Shown here: positions 23,324 through 24,000 of the stretch, piece by piece
How the letters are laid out: the number at the start of each line of letters is the position of its first letter
Numbering within the stretch: position 1 is the first letter of the stretch
Origin: Candidatus Pacearchaeota archaeon
GTDB taxonomy: Archaea; Nanobdellota; Nanobdellia; Pacearchaeales; GW2011-AR1
Direction of reading: 5' to 3'
DNA: 24,000 nucleotides
Assembly (NCBI GenBank): GCA_050124795.1
Contig: JASFEO010000006.1
Span: 19,597 to 43,596 of the forward strand
Translations under genes and position numbers: made by a program
The notes under the pieces: model-generated
Told to the model about the DNA's origin: nothing
Database searches by the model: none
What the model saw: the letters and a program-made list of their open reading frames with translations, nothing else

Positions 23324-23368
23324 TTAAAAAATCCAAAGTTTTATAAAATATTCATTATTAAAAATTCT

Positions 23369-23566
23369 ATGAAAACATCTCTTGAAGATTTAAATCTAGA
23401 TGAACCTGTTGTTGAAAGTTCTCCCATTAATTCTATTAATTATCTAAACCAATATTCTAAATATCTTTCAAATTCTTTAGAAGATTCTAAAAAGAAAATA
23501 AAAAAGAATAATAAAAAATATGGTGGAGAAGAAATTCCTTTAGAAGGAATTAAACCTCTTTTTTAA
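23369..23566 (+). CDS. Hypothetical small protein (65 aa from ATG 23369)
   Basis: The ORF track starts at GTG 23321, inside ORB3. ATG 23369 has TTTATAAA starting at 23340, exactly 29 nt upstream, matching the other leaderless promoters. No motif recognised. Confidence 0.4.
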   Translation: MKTSLEDLNLDEPVVESSPINSINYLNQYSKYLSNSLEDSKKKIKKNNKKYGGEEIPLEGIKPLF

Positions 23567-23614
23567 TCATTTTTTATTTATATTCTTTAATGTATATTTA
23601 ATTTCATAGAAAAG

Positions 23615-23622
23615 TTTATAAG
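23615..23622 (+). promoter_or_regulatory. TATA box (aaagTTTATAAG) 30 nt upstream of ATG 23645
   Basis: The sequence and spacing match the boxes at 5311 and 23340. Confidence 0.45.
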
Positions 23623-23644
23623 TTATTTTCTTGTTGTTTTTAGC

Positions 23645-23905
23645 ATGCAGGAAAATAAGAATACATTTAATGATATCTTTGGAAAAATGATTGTAACAAA
23701 AGAAGGAAAAAGACTTGGGTTTGTCAAGGACCTGACTTTTGAGACAAAATCAGGAGAACTAATAAATATTGTTGTAAAAGATTCAACACTTTATACTAAA
23801 AATCTTAATTTAGAAAAAACAAATTCAAATAACCATTTAATACCCCATAGCGCAATTATTGCAATTGGAGATTTTGTAATTGTTTCTGAAGAAGATTTAA
23901 TATAA
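23645..23905 (+). CDS. PRC-barrel domain protein
   Basis: 86 aa. The pattern G..V....G..LG.V.D..F....G.I..IVV ... IP...I..IGD.VIV is present (GKMIVTKEGKRLGFVKDLTFETKSGELINIVV...LIPHSAIIAIGDFVIVSEEDL). This is typical of small archaeal PRC-barrel proteins. Confidence 0.6.
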   Translation: MQENKNTFNDIFGKMIVTKEGKRLGFVKDLTFETKSGELINIVVKDSTLYTKNLNLEKTNSNNHLIPHSAIIAIGDFVIVSEEDLI

Positions 23906-24000
23906 AATTTATTTATTAAGAAGATAATATTATTTTTATAAAATTAAATATAACTTTTTTTATAGAAATACTTAAAAACAAAGATTTTATTAAATCAATA

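Noticed and set aside
23321-23368. GTG start of the 81-aa ORF
   Set aside because: The GTG lies inside the G-rich tail of ORB3. The internal ATG 23369 has a TTTATAAA box exactly 29 nt upstream, so the shorter 65-aa CDS is more plausible.
1-24000. tRNA or rRNA genes, CRISPR arrays, and transposons, integrases or prophage
   Set aside because: No GC-rich structured islands stand out in the intergenic regions, as a tRNA would in this A/T background. There are no regularly spaced direct repeats, and no integrase, transposase or terminal inverted-repeat signatures.

Overview
This is a strongly AT-rich, gene-dense archaeal chromosomal segment. PolD (DP1 and DP2) plus Orc1/Cdc6 place it in a PolD-bearing, non-crenarchaeal archaeon. 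Overlapping genes, leaderless-type promoter geometry and giant surface proteins suggest a small-genome DPANN-like lineage, but that is inference only. The right half (14.3-23.3 kb) holds a replication origin and a minus-strand replication operon. The origin has three ORB-like repeats in inverted arrangement around an A/T-only unwinding region, directly upstream of orc1/cdc6. The operon order is cdc6, HAD nucleotidase-like, PolD small subunit, a second HAD nucleotidase-like, HD phosphohydrolase, PolD large subunit, so three nucleotide-phosphohydrolase genes sit inside the usual cdc6-DP1-DP2 block. The middle (9-14.3 kb) carries a TctA/DUF112-like membrane protein, a COG1373-type AAA ATPase, an acylphosphatase-like::UppS fusion and small orphans. 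The left part (1-9 kb) is a surface-protein island. It contains four type-I membrane proteins (signal peptide, large N-x-S/T-rich beta-type ectodomain, single TM, cytoplasmic tail). One of them carries a cytoplasmic HerA/FtsK-class P-loop ATPase and sits in a translationally coupled three-gene operon. I consider this operon the best candidate for an undescribed trans-envelope system. I found no rRNA, tRNA, CRISPR array, transposase or integrase.
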